Notes under the pieces: generated by a model | The model's database searches: none | Seen by the model: only the letters and a program-made list of their open reading frames with translations | What the model was told of the DNA's origin: nothing | Origin: Clostridia bacterium | Lineage (GTDB): Bacteria; Bacillota; Peptococcia; DRI-13; SM3-B62 | DNA length: 64,000 nucleotides | Reading direction: 5' to 3' | NCBI GenBank assembly: GCA_018432615.1 | Contig: JAHDSQ010000004.1 | Location: 105,234 to 169,233, forward strand | Made by a program: the position numbers and the translations under genes | In this document: piece by piece, positions 25,607 through 35,912 of the stretch | Layout: each line of letters opens with the position of its first letter | Numbering within the stretch: position 1 is the stretch's first letter

Positions 25607-28600
25607 AGATAGCTAATATTTCTGTCAAACGCCCTGTAGCCGTCATCATGGTTTTTCTTGTCATCCTGCTTTTAGGATTTGTTTCATTGATGGATCTGAA
25701 TTTGGACCTTTTTCCGGAGATGGATCTGCCGATGGCCATAGCCCTAACCCAGTATTCCGGAGTAGGACCGGAAGAGGTGGAAAACCTCGTTACCAGGCCA
25801 ATTGAGGGAGCAATGGGTACGGTCAGCGGGGTTCAGGAGATCTATTCTTCCACCAGTCGGGGACAGTCGATGGTTTATGTGGAGTTTGCTTGGGGTACGG
25901 ATATGAATTTTGCCGTCTCCCAGATGAGGGAGAAGATTGATCTGGCCTCCAGCTATTTTCCTGATGATGTCAGTAAGTCCACCCTTTTTAAGCTGGACCC
26001 CAATATGATGCCGGTCCAGGTGCTGGGACTAAGCGGTGATATGGACATGGCGACCCTGGATAGATTGGCCAATGATGTGGTCAAGCCGCAATTAGAAAGG
26101 ATCGAAGGGGTAGCCCAGGTCGATGTAATGGGAGGCGTGGAAAAGGAGATTCGCATTTCTGTAACGCCTCATAAGCTCTTAGCCTACGGGCTGTCCATGG
26201 ATTCGATAGTTTCTTATCTGAGGATGGAGAACAGGAATACCTCGGTCGGGACCTTGGAGGAAGGCGGACGGGAACACACGGTACGTGTTACGGGGGAATT
26301 CAAAGACGTACAGGAGATTGAAAATCTGCAGGTTCCGCTTTCTGCCGGGGGCTACGCACGTCTGGGAGATATTGCCCGGATAGAAGATACGTATAAGGAT
26401 AGGGACGTTTATGCCTACATGGACGGAGTGCCCTGCGTGCAGATCTCTATCAGCAAACAAACCGATGCCAATACCGTTAAGGTAGCGGATGCGGTGAAGG
26501 AAAAATTAGCGGAGTTTGAGGAGACACTGCCGGAAAAAACAGAAATCTTGGTGGGCTTCGACCAGTCTGATTTTATCCACATGTCCCTTAACAATGTGAC
26601 TAGGAACGCTTTTCTGGGAGCTTTTTTAGCCGTGGTGGTACTTCTTTTGTTCCTGCGGAACATTCGCAGTACCCTTATTATAGCTATAGCCATTCCTATC
26701 TCGGTCATTGCGACTTTTACTCTGATGTATTTCGGTGGCCTGACCTTAAACATAGTGTCGTTAGGAGGGTTAGCCCTGGGTGTCGGCATGATGGTCGACA
26801 ACTCTATCGTTATCCTGGAGAATATTTATCGCTACAGGCAGGAAGGATATTCTCGTATCGATGCCTCAACAGAGGGGGCTAATGAGGTGGGTGTGGCGAT
26901 TACCGCTTCGACCCTGACTTCAATGGCCGTTTTTCTGCCGATTGTTTATGTGCAGGGTCTGGCCTCTCAGGTTTTTCGTCCCTTGGCCTTAACGGTTGCC
27001 TTTTCGCTTCTGGCTTCATTGTTTGTGGCCCTTACCCTGGTGCCGATGCTTTCTTCTAAGTTACTGAAGGTAAATCGTAACGGTAATGGCAACGGTAACG
27101 GAGAAGGTAACAGACGCTGGAGGGTTTTCAGGAAAGCGGCGGTCAAGTGGGGGAAGGCCCTGGAAAGGTTAGAGGAATTCTATGTCAAGATATTAGGTTG
27201 GTCAATTGAGCATAAGAAGAAGCTGGTTTTCTTCGTTATGTTGCTGTTTGTGGTCAGTATAGGGATGATTTCCATGATTGGGATGGAATTTATGCCTAAG
27301 CAAGACTCCGGGGAGTATACTGTAAGCATAGCTTTGCCTAACGGTACATCGCAGCAGGAAACTGAACGTGTTACGGAGCAGGTCATCCAATACATCCATG
27401 AGTTGCCCGAACATGATTGGACGATTTATACGGTCGGTTCATCGGGGGCCATGATGATGGGTTCAAGCACTTCAGAAAGGGCCAGTATCAGCGGGATATT
27501 GAAGGATAAAAGCCAGCGGACCCGTGGTATAGAAGAGATCCTTGACGAATTGCGTGAGAAGTGTGCCCTTATTCCCGGGGCTGAAATAGAGATCGCCTCC
27601 CAACAGATGATGATGACCAGCACGGGCTCTTTAATCAGTATTGATCTGAAGGGGGATGACCTTGAAGTTCTGAAAGCCTTTGCACAGACAGTGGCTGAAC
27701 GGGTCAAAACCGTGGAAGGGGCCAGAGAAGTCAAAACCAGTTTTGAGGACGGCAGGCCGGAAATACATTTGAGTCTGAACCGTCAAAAAGCGGATCTATA
27801 TGGTATTAGTGGGGCGCAGCTTGCGAGCACATTGGCTACGGCAGTCAATGGTTCCACCGCTACGCAATACCGTCTGGGCGGCGAAGAAATAGATGTGACC
27901 GTCAGGCTGGAAAAAGAGTACCGTCAGGATATTAACGACCTAAAGGACTTGATGATAACTTCTCCTACGGGGGCCATGGTGACCTTGGGGGATTTGGCCG
28001 AACTGACGGTAACTACCGGACCGACAAGCATAGAAAGGGTCAATCAGACGAGGTATGTCAGTATAACAGGTGATGTAGTAGGCAGGGATGTTCGGAGCGT
28101 GACGCTGGATATTCAGTCTAAATTGGAAAATCTCAATGTGCCGCCGGGGATAATCATCGAATACGGCGGTGCCAACAAGGAGATGATGGATGCCTTTATC
28201 GACTTGTTTAAAGCTTTGCTGATGGCTATTCTTCTGGTTTACATGATTCTGGCTTCACAGTACGAGTCACTGCTTTATCCCTTTGCCATCATGTTTTCCA
28301 TGCCGCCGATGGTCACCGGGGTGGTGCTGTCGCTTCTGCTGACCGGGCGTACCTTTAACGTCCCGGCCTTTATCGGTGTCATTATGCTGGCCGGTATAGT
28401 CGTAAACAATGCCATTGTGCTTGTGGATTACATTAACACCTTACGCAGAAGGGATGAGATGCCGCGGAAGGAAGCAATTCTCTTGGCCGGAAAGACCAGG
28501 CTGCGGCCTATTCTGATGACGGCCCTGACGACGATACTGGCCATGCTTCCCTTGGCTATAGGGCTTGGTGAAGGTGCGGAATTATCCGCGCCCATGGCGA

Positions 28601-28764
28601 CTGCAGTGGCAGGAGGGCTGATCTTTTCTACCTTCCTTACCCTTGTCTTGGTGCCTTGCATGTATATCATTCTTGAGAATATCGGAGATAAAATTAAGGG
28701 GTTTGTCGGCAGAAAGAAGAAGACACATTCGCTTGAGGATGGGCCTTCCGTAAGGGGAGAGTAA
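25603..28764 (+). CDS. RND (AcrB/HAE1-type) efflux permease
   Basis: 1053 aa. N-terminus SVKRPVAVIMVFLVILLLG; LGGLALGVGMMVDNSIVILENI; duplicated 6-TM architecture. It has an unusual NGNGNGNGEGN linker after TM6. Confidence 0.9.
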   Translation: MKIANISVKRPVAVIMVFLVILLLGFVSLMDLNLDLFPEMDLPMAIALTQYSGVGPEEVENLVTRPIEGAMGTVSGVQEIYSSTSRGQSMVYVEFAWGTDMNFAVSQMREKIDLASSYFPDDVSKSTLFKLDPNMMPVQVLGLSGDMDMATLDRLANDVVKPQLERIEGVAQVDVMGGVEKEIRISVTPHKLLAYGLSMDSIVSYLRMENRNTSVGTLEEGGREHTVRVTGEFKDVQEIENLQVPLSAGGYARLGDIARIEDTYKDRDVYAYMDGVPCVQISISKQTDANTVKVADAVKEKLAEFEETLPEKTEILVGFDQSDFIHMSLNNVTRNAFLGAFLAVVVLLLFLRNIRSTLIIAIAIPISVIATFTLMYFGGLTLNIVSLGGLALGVGMMVDNSIVILENIYRYRQEGYSRIDASTEGANEVGVAITASTLTSMAVFLPIVYVQGLASQVFRPLALTVAFSLLASLFVALTLVPMLSSKLLKVNRNGNGNGNGEGNRRWRVFRKAAVKWGKALERLEEFYVKILGWSIEHKKKLVFFVMLLFVVSIGMISMIGMEFMPKQDSGEYTVSIALPNGTSQQETERVTEQVIQYIHELPEHDWTIYTVGSSGAMMMGSSTSERASISGILKDKSQRTRGIEEILDELREKCALIPGAEIEIASQQMMMTSTGSLISIDLKGDDLEVLKAFAQTVAERVKTVEGAREVKTSFEDGRPEIHLSLNRQKADLYGISGAQLASTLATAVNGSTATQYRLGGEEIDVTVRLEKEYRQDINDLKDLMITSPTGAMVTLGDLAELTVTTGPTSIERVNQTRYVSITGDVVGRDVRSVTLDIQSKLENLNVPPGIIIEYGGANKEMMDAFIDLFKALLMAILLVYMILASQYESLLYPFAIMFSMPPMVTGVVLSLLLTGRTFNVPAFIGVIMLAGIVVNNAIVLVDYINTLRRRDEMPRKEAILLAGKTRLRPILMTALTTILAMLPLAIGLGEGAELSAPMATAVAGGLIFSTFLTLVLVPCMYIILENIGDKIKGFVGRKKKTHSLEDGPSVRGE

Positions 28765-28765
28765 G

Positions 28766-29374
28766 ATGTGGAAATGTAAGGATGCTCATACGAAACGGGA
28801 ATTAACAAAACGAGAATTGATTTTGGCGGCTGCTCTGGAGGTTTTTGCGGAAAAGGGTTTCCACAATGCCAAAATTAAGGAAATTGCTCAACAGGCGGAG
28901 GTTGGCAAGGGTACGGTGTATGAATACTTTAAGAGCAAGCAGGAGTTGTTTCAACAAGCACTGCTGGAGGGGATGAAGGAATTCGACGGCGAGGTCGCAA
29001 AAGAGCTCGCCGCCTGTAATACCGCCCGGGAGAAACTGGAAAGGCTGATAGAGGAAACTATCAGGATCGGCGGCAGTATTTTTCATTTCGCACGGATAGC
29101 TGCAGCGGAAATCAGAATGGATGATAAATTGTTTCACGGCTGGGTGCGGGAAATACACGAGGTAAGGTTAGGTTTTATCAAAGATATCATTGACGAGGGT
29201 ATTGCTAAAGGGGAATTTAAAAAAGTGGACAGCCTGTTGGCGGCCAAAATATTCTACGGTGGAGTTGCTACTCTCTTAACCCCTTTTGTGGGTATTAAGG
29301 AGGGACAAGACTGTCAAAAGGTTGAACCTGAAAAGTTCGTAGATATCTATCTGGAAGGTATCCTCTTAAGATGA
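28766..29374 (+). CDS. TetR/AcrR-family repressor
   Basis: ILAAALEVFAEKGFHNAKIKEIAQQAEVGKGTVYEYFKSKQELF. Confidence 0.85.
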   Translation: MWKCKDAHTKRELTKRELILAAALEVFAEKGFHNAKIKEIAQQAEVGKGTVYEYFKSKQELFQQALLEGMKEFDGEVAKELAACNTAREKLERLIEETIRIGGSIFHFARIAAAEIRMDDKLFHGWVREIHEVRLGFIKDIIDEGIAKGEFKKVDSLLAAKIFYGGVATLLTPFVGIKEGQDCQKVEPEKFVDIYLEGILLR

Positions 29375-29406
29375 GATTAGAATAATACCTCTGAAAGGGG
29401 AAAGTT

Positions 29407-29766
29407 ATGTTATTAGGAGATTTTAAACAGGAGATTTTAAAACTTAATAACAAGGTCAATATGGAAATGTTCGGATTGGGACTGCGCTGGCAAAAGATAG
29501 AGGTTATGGACGATAAGGCCATTATTATTGCCAATAATAAACGGGTTAAGGCCTTGTCTGCCATTGATCATAAGGATGCCATCACCTCAAAGCTGATTGA
29601 TATTGCCTTAATCCTGGAGTTTAAGGAGCGGTTCATCAAAGAGGTGGAGAATGCTTTGGGTGTTAAAGCACTGGCTCATTTAAAAGACTATGACCCGGGA
29701 ACAGAGATTTCATTCAGTGTGACGATTTTTGAAAAGGATATAGAAAAACTAATCCATGAAATATGA
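29407..29766 (+). CDS. DUF2294-like small protein
   Basis: The pattern ...IIIANNKRVKALSAIDH...LIDIALILEFKERFIKEVENALGVKALAHLKDYDPGTEISFSVTIF resembles DUF2294. Recalled from memory, not verified. Confidence 0.5.
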   Translation: MLLGDFKQEILKLNNKVNMEMFGLGLRWQKIEVMDDKAIIIANNKRVKALSAIDHKDAITSKLIDIALILEFKERFIKEVENALGVKALAHLKDYDPGTEISFSVTIFEKDIEKLIHEI

Positions 29767-30211
29767 AAAAAAGATGCGATAAAAGAAGGAAATATCATAA
29801 TTATGTAGAATAAGAAACCTTAGAATAGTAAAAATATATTAAGATTGTTGATATACGAAGGCTTGTTTGTAAACAGCCGGCTGAGGGGAGATCGCATAAA
29901 GATAGCCCGCTAAGACCGCTGATTTCGCACTAGACGAGGGGGCTATCCTGTTCCGGTTGTTGCGTTTCGGCGTTTTTTAATGTCTGAAAGGGGTAAGGCT
30001 TTACGGACGGTCTAGTATTGCTTTGGGGAGTGTTTTTCTTTAAATAGGGGGGGAGAGTCTACAGTTTAACCACTCATCATTGATGAACTGCCACTGATTG
30101 CCGTGAAGCTCACATAATTGTCGATACTGGCATTAACGGGAGGTGTGAATAAAAACTAAATATTAACAAGAGATTTATTATATTCGAAAAAAGAAGGAGA
30201 GGAGAGAGGTT

Positions 30212-31231
30212 ATGTCAAAAAAGATACTTGTCAAAGATGTCGTTGAGGCTTTGGACAAGATTACCGGAGGCAGGGTGGTGAAATCCCCTGAGGACTATAC
30301 CAGCGGAAAGAATCCCTTTGTGGTGACAAAGTCCTCCAATATACCTGGGAAAGCCGTTACAGAGACACCGGGGCTTGTTTGTGGCAACTTGAATCAAGAG
30401 GTTAAAAAGATTGCGGTATTAATGACCCTCACAGAAAGTTGTATTGAACTGGCGGGTGCAACAGGTGTGGATGCCATCATCGCGCATCATCCGATGGCCG
30501 ACGCCGCAAATGCCGGTGGTGTTCTTTTGAATACCTATCTAGGGCTTTATAACATAGCTGCTTTTGAATTGCATGAGGCTTTTCACGGTCTTCATCCCGG
30601 ACTTTCCTATTTACATGGACACAAGGCGTATCACGTTGACATCAGATACAAGGGTATTCCCGGAAACATTCTTTACGTTGGCGATGCATTACCGGAGATC
30701 AAGACGGTGGGTGATATGTTAAACCGCCTGAACTCCTTAATGAATACGAAGCAGGAGGATGAACTGCTCGATTATGAGTGCAAGCTCAGGTGTTGTCAGG
30801 ATATTTGCGAGACCAGCGTCAGTGCCCAGGGGGAGATTATAGTCGGCGAACCTACAAACAAGGTGAGCAAGGTTATCCATATGTTCCCGCACACCGGTTT
30901 TACACCGGAGCATTTGGAATGTGCGGTACAGGAACACCCTGGTGTTGACACATTGTTAGCAACGATCAGTAGGGTCTATCCGGGAAATCCGCTGATCGAT
31001 AAAGCTAAGGAGTTGGGTCTCAATTTCCTCTGTGGTAATTCCCATGCCTTAGAAATCATGGAAAATGGGATGCCCCTAGCCCGGGCGGTGCAAACGCTCC
31101 TGCCGGAAGTGGAGGTGGTGTTGTTTAAGGAACGAGTTACCAGTGTACCCTTGGATGCTTTTGGGACAAAAGAAATCCAGGATTATGCCCGGCTTATCAC
31201 CGAGCAGTTCCTTCTCCCCAAAAACAACTAA
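30212..31231 (+). CDS. Nif3-like (dinuclear metal centre, YbgI-type) protein, divergent
   Basis: VKKIAVLMTLTESCIELAGATGVDAIIAHHPM (Nif3 'IITHHP' motif) and distal FLCGNSHALE. RBS aaggagaggag. Confidence 0.55.
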   Translation: MSKKILVKDVVEALDKITGGRVVKSPEDYTSGKNPFVVTKSSNIPGKAVTETPGLVCGNLNQEVKKIAVLMTLTESCIELAGATGVDAIIAHHPMADAANAGGVLLNTYLGLYNIAAFELHEAFHGLHPGLSYLHGHKAYHVDIRYKGIPGNILYVGDALPEIKTVGDMLNRLNSLMNTKQEDELLDYECKLRCCQDICETSVSAQGEIIVGEPTNKVSKVIHMFPHTGFTPEHLECAVQEHPGVDTLLATISRVYPGNPLIDKAKELGLNFLCGNSHALEIMENGMPLARAVQTLLPEVEVVLFKERVTSVPLDAFGTKEIQDYARLITEQFLLPKNN

Positions 31232-31255
31232 GAACATTTGAAAGGAGCATGTACA

Positions 31256-32344
31256 ATGAGTGAAATTAAAACTTCCCCCAACCCGGAAAAGAGGGGAATG
31301 AAAACTATTGAGATTGTTGGTCTTGTTCTGGTTGCTTTATCTTTATTAGCACTTCTTTTCAGCCCGGAGCACGTTGCCGGTATTTTCAACGCCATGGTTA
31401 ATAGAGTAAAACCGATTGTCGTTGACACCACCCTGATGGGAACGTTGGGCGTCTCCATTATGTGTAGTGTGTTGATGGGCCGGGTTTTGGAACGCTTAGG
31501 TTTTACCGATGCCTTGATGAGAATCTTCCTGCCGGTTTCCAAGCTGGTTAAAGTTAACACCGCAGTTCTCATTCCTTCTATTTACAATATCCTGGGAGAT
31601 ATCAACGCTGCCGGTAGAATCGCTGCGCCAATTTTGGTTAAAGCCGGTGCCACCAAGGATGAGCAGAAAATTGCTATCTGCACAATGGTTCAATCCCAGC
31701 AGTCATTTTCTACCTTCATGTTTGGTATCATTGCCTTGACCGCGTGCGGAGCAAAAGTTTTTCTCGTGATACTCTTAGCACTTTTCCTTCCTCTTCTCAT
31801 CGTACCTTGGCTGTTGAGGTTGGTGATTTGGCGTGATGCCAAATATGTACCCCTTGATGATATGCCGACATTCACGCCAACGAAAGCCCCTCTTGCCACA
31901 CTTTTTGACTCTACCAGAGAGGGTGCCGAACTCGTTTTCCTTTTGATTATCCCGGCATATGTTGCGGTATTCTCGGTTATTGGGGCTCTTGATTACGTGG
32001 GAATTTGGCACTTCATTGAGAGCGGTCTCACGGCTATGCTGACCGCTTTAGCAATCGATCCTACTTCAGGGATGGTCAGCATCCTGGCCTCGCCTACTCT
32101 GGCTATGTCCCAGTTGAAGGATGTCGCCGCTTCTCTGCCTCCCCAGTTGGTTATCGGTTCTGTTGTCCTGGGAGCTTCAGGGTTCCCGCTTTCCGTTATC
32201 TTCGCTCAGATACCCGTTATTTGGTCAGGCGGGGTAACGGATCTCACACACAAGGAAGCTATGGGAGCAGCCGTACTGGGTGCTGTAATGAGGATTATCA
32301 CGGCAGGTCTGGTCGCTCTCTTGTTGACACCTATCCTTATCTAA
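31256..32344 (+). CDS. Polytopic membrane protein, possible transporter (gate/nucleoside-recognition-like?)
   Basis: About 9 hydrophobic segments. It starts 25 nt after the Nif3-like stop, behind aaggag, so it is likely co-transcribed. The family assignment is tentative. Confidence 0.5.
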   Translation: MSEIKTSPNPEKRGMKTIEIVGLVLVALSLLALLFSPEHVAGIFNAMVNRVKPIVVDTTLMGTLGVSIMCSVLMGRVLERLGFTDALMRIFLPVSKLVKVNTAVLIPSIYNILGDINAAGRIAAPILVKAGATKDEQKIAICTMVQSQQSFSTFMFGIIALTACGAKVFLVILLALFLPLLIVPWLLRLVIWRDAKYVPLDDMPTFTPTKAPLATLFDSTREGAELVFLLIIPAYVAVFSVIGALDYVGIWHFIESGLTAMLTALAIDPTSGMVSILASPTLAMSQLKDVAASLPPQLVIGSVVLGASGFPLSVIFAQIPVIWSGGVTDLTHKEAMGAAVLGAVMRIITAGLVALLLTPILI

Positions 32345-32391
32345 AATGGTTTGAACTTGTAGTGTGTAATGTAAAATAGGGATTATTAAGG

Positions 32392-32440
32392 GGAGTATCG
32401 CAAAGCTGCTTTTTCAAGCAGCCGGTGATACTCCTTTTTT
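32392..32440 (+). terminator. Intrinsic terminator (nested hairpin + T6)
   Basis: Outer stem ggagtatc/gatactcc, inner stem gctgctt/aagcagc, then tttttt. Confidence 0.65.
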
Positions 32441-32913
32441 ATGACAGACTTGTTCGGGAAGTCCGAACCCGTGAAAATTGGGAGGAGTGGATTGTCTATA
32501 TTCTTACCGGTATTGAGGAAACAGCAGAAGAGACCTTGAGGTTGGTAAAAAGAATCAATGCCGAAGTTGAAACCATGAGTGCAGAGATTAAAGAAAAGCT
32601 ACCTAAAATATACTCAAAGAAATTGATTGATTTGCTGTTCTATGAGTTCTATACAAAAATCGCATATATTGAAAGAGGCTTGTCAGTAACAAGAAAAACA
32701 GCGGTTAATTACTTGTCTTCTCTTGAAAAAGGGGACTTTCTTACTTCTGAGAAAATAGGCAAGGAACGGATTTATCAAAATAAAAGGCTGTACGATCTGG
32801 TCAAGTACGGCAATAAAGAAACACAGGCTGCAATTGATGATGTCAACAACAACCGCAACATGAGCAAAACATTTGATAGTGTCAACGCTTTGATGGAGGA
32901 CCTAAACGCTTAA
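32437..32913 (+). pseudogene. 5'-truncated Fic-family gene (C-terminal wHTH part only) with a DinJ/RelB-like tail
   Basis: FYDRLVREVRTRENWEEWIVYILTGIEETA...ISRKTAVNYLSSLEKGDFLTSEKIGKERIYQNKRLYDLV matches the post-Fic-motif region. No HPFxxGNGR motif is present. The tail AIDDVNNNRNMSKTFDSVNALMEDLNA looks like an antitoxin C-terminus. Confidence 0.55.
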
Positions 32914-33010
32914 AACCGTGATGGAATATAAAAAAGGACGGCTTAATCCTGATGCGGAAAAAACCGTCAATATATGGGAGGCAAGAAAATTGCCTAAGAA
33001 TTGATCCTCT

Positions 33011-34030
33011 TCATTTTATTATTCTCATTTTATTATTCGGGATGTTGTACTCCATCATCTTACTATACAGTGTTTTCCTTGAGATTCCCAACACGCTGGC
33101 CGCTTTTGTAATATTGCCGCTACATTGTTTAACCGCTTCATGAATGACCTCGCGCTCAGCTTCCTTGATGGTAACGGCCCGCGGCTTTTTAGCGGGTTTT
33201 CTTGTTTTAGAAAGTATATATAGCGGCAATTGATCGGGTAGTATGGTTGAGGCCGGACAAAAGCTTACGGCTCTTTCAATGGTATTTTCCAGTTCACGCA
33301 CGTTGCCCGGCCAGTCATAGCTTATCAAAACATTCATTGCTTTGGGATCAATCCTGTATTTGACTCCACGCAATGCTGAATGCTTATCAATAAAATGGTT
33401 CGTCAGGGTAATGATGTCGTCTTTTCTTTGGACAAGAGGCGGGATATTGATGTGTATAACGTTGATACGCCAGAATAAATCGGCCCGAAAATTGCCCTTT
33501 GTCATTTCGCGGCTAAGGTCCTTGTTTGTGGCGGCGATAACTCTGATATCAACAGGGATAAAAGCTCCTCCGATACGACTTATTTGTTTTTCCTGCAATA
33601 CTCTGAGCAGCCTTACCTGCATATCCGGCGGCATTTCACCAATTTCATCAAGAAATATGGTTCCTCCCGAGGCCAGTTCGAATTTTCCCGGGTTTCCGCC
33701 TTGGCGAGCCCCGGTAAAGGCACCGTATTCATAACCAAACAGTTCGCTTTCGACCAGTTCACGGGGAATCGCTCCACAATTAACAGCTACAAAGGGACCC
33801 GCGGAACACATGCTTTGGTTATGGATCGCCTGGGCCAAGAGCTCTTTTCCTGTTCCGCTGTCTCCGGTAATCAGGATACTGGAATCGCTCCCGGCGACAA
33901 GAGAAGCCTGTTTTTTTATCTCCTGCATTTCCCGGCTCGACCCAATGATGTCTTCGAAGGTGTAACGTGCTTCCATGCCATGGTTTGAAGACTGCAACGG
34001 CCTGTTGTTCCTTTTTCTGTTCTTCACCAT
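33011..34030 (-). CDS. Sigma-54-dependent activator (AAA+ EBP + Fis-type HTH) without an N-terminal sensor domain
   Basis: ILITGDSGTGKELLAQAIH (Walker A), GAFTGA loop (YEYGAFTGA), GTIFLDEI (Walker B), WPGNVRELEN, C-terminal GNITKAASVLGISRKTLYSKM. Only ~25 aa precede the AAA+ core. Confidence 0.85.
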   Translation of the reverse strand: MVKNRKRNNRPLQSSNHGMEARYTFEDIIGSSREMQEIKKQASLVAGSDSSILITGDSGTGKELLAQAIHNQSMCSAGPFVAVNCGAIPRELVESELFGYEYGAFTGARQGGNPGKFELASGGTIFLDEIGEMPPDMQVRLLRVLQEKQISRIGGAFIPVDIRVIAATNKDLSREMTKGNFRADLFWRINVIHINIPPLVQRKDDIITLTNHFIDKHSALRGVKYRIDPKAMNVLISYDWPGNVRELENTIERAVSFCPASTILPDQLPLYILSKTRKPAKKPRAVTIKEAEREVIHEAVKQCSGNITKAASVLGISRKTLYSKMMEYNIPNNKMRIIK

Positions 34031-34060
34031 TTCAAAGTCACCAACATTCTATAGGAATCA

Positions 34061-35323
34061 TTAAACAATAATTCCCTTAAAGATGAGCGGTACATAAACG
34101 ATCATTAACAATACCACGATAAGTCCTATCAGGAACGGGATAACGGCTTTGCTGATCTTTTCAATAGGCAGTCCCGATACCGTACTGGCTACATAAAGGT
34201 TTATGGCAACCGGCGGGGTAATCATGCCGATGGCCAGTCCGATGACGATTATCAGGCCAAAATGGACAAGGTTGACGCCCAGTTCCGTGACTAACGGCAA
34301 AAAGACCGGTGTCAGAATGATTAGGGCTGAGGCTGTTTCCATGAAGACCCCGCTTATCAGGATGACAATACTAATCAACAGCATCAGAATGAATTTGTTA
34401 GACGAGAAGCTCAGTATTGCGGCAGCAATCTGGCTGGGGATCTGCCAGTTGGCCAAAACCCAGCATAAAGCGCTGGAAGCGGCTATGACAAACATGACTA
34501 CCGACATGGTGATGGCCGATTTAATGAAGGTTTGCATGAAATCACGCCAGCCCATATCCCTGTAGACGAAAAGGGAAACCAAGAGGGCATAGTCGACTGC
34601 TATTACCGCTGCTTCCGAAGGGGTGAAAAATCCGGAAAAGATACCTCCCAGGATAATGACAGGAGTCAATAGTCCCCAGATGGATTCAAAAAACGTTTTT
34701 CCGATGTTCTTTAAAGAAAAACGCGAGCCTCGCGGATAATTATTACGGCTGGCAATTGATAAGGCAATGCTGATTAAAACCAGGCCCATCAGAGTGCCGG
34801 GGACAAAACCGTTTAAAAACAGCCGTGCTACGGACTGGTCGGCGATTACCGCGTACAATACCATAGGAACCGAGGGAGGTATAACGACTCCGATGCAGCC
34901 TCCTGCCGCAATCAAAGCGGCAGAATATGCAGGCTCGTACTTCTTTTTACTGAGTTCAGGGATCAAAGGCGTTCCGACTGCTGCCGTAGTGGCGGCTCCT
35001 GAACCAGAGATGGCCGCAAAGAACATGGAGGCCAGGACGGCCACTACCCAAAGACCTCCTTTTAAAAAGCCTAAGATCGAATCGGCAAATTGCACCAATT
35101 TTTCAGAGGTCTTGCCTCGGGCCATCAAATCACCGGCCAGGATAAAGAAGGGTACGGCAACCAAGGGAAAGGAGTCCACACCGGCGAACATCCGCTGAGG
35201 TATTACTATCAGGGAAATATCCTGTGAAAGCAAGATAAACAATACGGTCAGCCCAATGGAAATCGCGATGGGGATACCTAATAATAACAAAAGGGCGAAG
35301 GTTCCGAATAAAATTACTATCAT
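34061..35323 (-). CDS. dctM: TRAP transporter large permease
   Basis: 420 aa, 12+ TM. The N-terminus MIVILFGTFALLLLLGIPIAISIGL and length are typical of DctM. It overlaps dctQ by 4 nt. Confidence 0.9.
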   Translation of the reverse strand: MIVILFGTFALLLLLGIPIAISIGLTVLFILLSQDISLIVIPQRMFAGVDSFPLVAVPFFILAGDLMARGKTSEKLVQFADSILGFLKGGLWVVAVLASMFFAAISGSGAATTAAVGTPLIPELSKKKYEPAYSAALIAAGGCIGVVIPPSVPMVLYAVIADQSVARLFLNGFVPGTLMGLVLISIALSIASRNNYPRGSRFSLKNIGKTFFESIWGLLTPVIILGGIFSGFFTPSEAAVIAVDYALLVSLFVYRDMGWRDFMQTFIKSAITMSVVMFVIAASSALCWVLANWQIPSQIAAAILSFSSNKFILMLLISIVILISGVFMETASALIILTPVFLPLVTELGVNLVHFGLIIVIGLAIGMITPPVAINLYVASTVSGLPIEKISKAVIPFLIGLIVVLLMIVYVPLIFKGIIV

Positions 35324-35838
35324 ACTTCTATCTCCTTTTCAGTACGGACGGGTGTACTTGTTCTTGTTACCTCTGTCAATACCTCACTGAGGGCGTGTAT
35401 CATCATAATGAGCATGCTTACGGGAATGCAACCGTAGACATACCTCATGGGCAGAAACAAGGCCGGAGAGATCTGGGATACCTGCATCTTCATCATTTTT
35501 AGGGCGTAATAGGCCACCGAAACAAAGAAAAATATTGCCAGAACATGAGTCAGGATGATAACGGACAGCTTTATTCCGCGGGGAAGCTTATCAACGATAA
35601 ACTGTATGCTGATATGGCTCCCGCGTTTATAAGCGAGGGTTGCGGCAAAAAAGGTTCCCCAGACCAAAAAATAGCGGGACAACTCTTCGGTCCAGGACAA
35701 CGCTGCAAAGAATTCTCTGCAGACGACCTGCAGGGTGGTGGTTGTAACCAGGCCGACCATAATTGCTAACACGAAGTAAGAAACAATCTTGTCAACATAA
35801 TCGCTGGTTAGTTCAAGGCCTGATACTAATCGCGTCAT
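35320..35838 (-). CDS. dctQ: TRAP transporter small permease
   Basis: 172 aa, 4 TM, positioned between dctP and dctM. Confidence 0.8.
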   Translation of the reverse strand: MTRLVSGLELTSDYVDKIVSYFVLAIMVGLVTTTTLQVVCREFFAALSWTEELSRYFLVWGTFFAATLAYKRGSHISIQFIVDKLPRGIKLSVIILTHVLAIFFFVSVAYYALKMMKMQVSQISPALFLPMRYVYGCIPVSMLIMMIHALSEVLTEVTRTSTPVRTEKEIEV

Positions 35839-35912
35839 TTACACTCCTCCAATCCATTAACCGCTGCGGCGTTATAGAGCGCCGCAGACGGTTATTGTTC
35901 GTCCTTAACCTG

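Noticed and set aside
29767-30211. A named riboswitch class upstream of the Nif3-like operon
   Set aside because: I compared it by eye with the motifs I remember for yybP-ykoY, ykkC, ZTP, c-di-GMP, T-box and preQ1, and found no convincing core. It is kept only as an unclassified structured leader in the findings.
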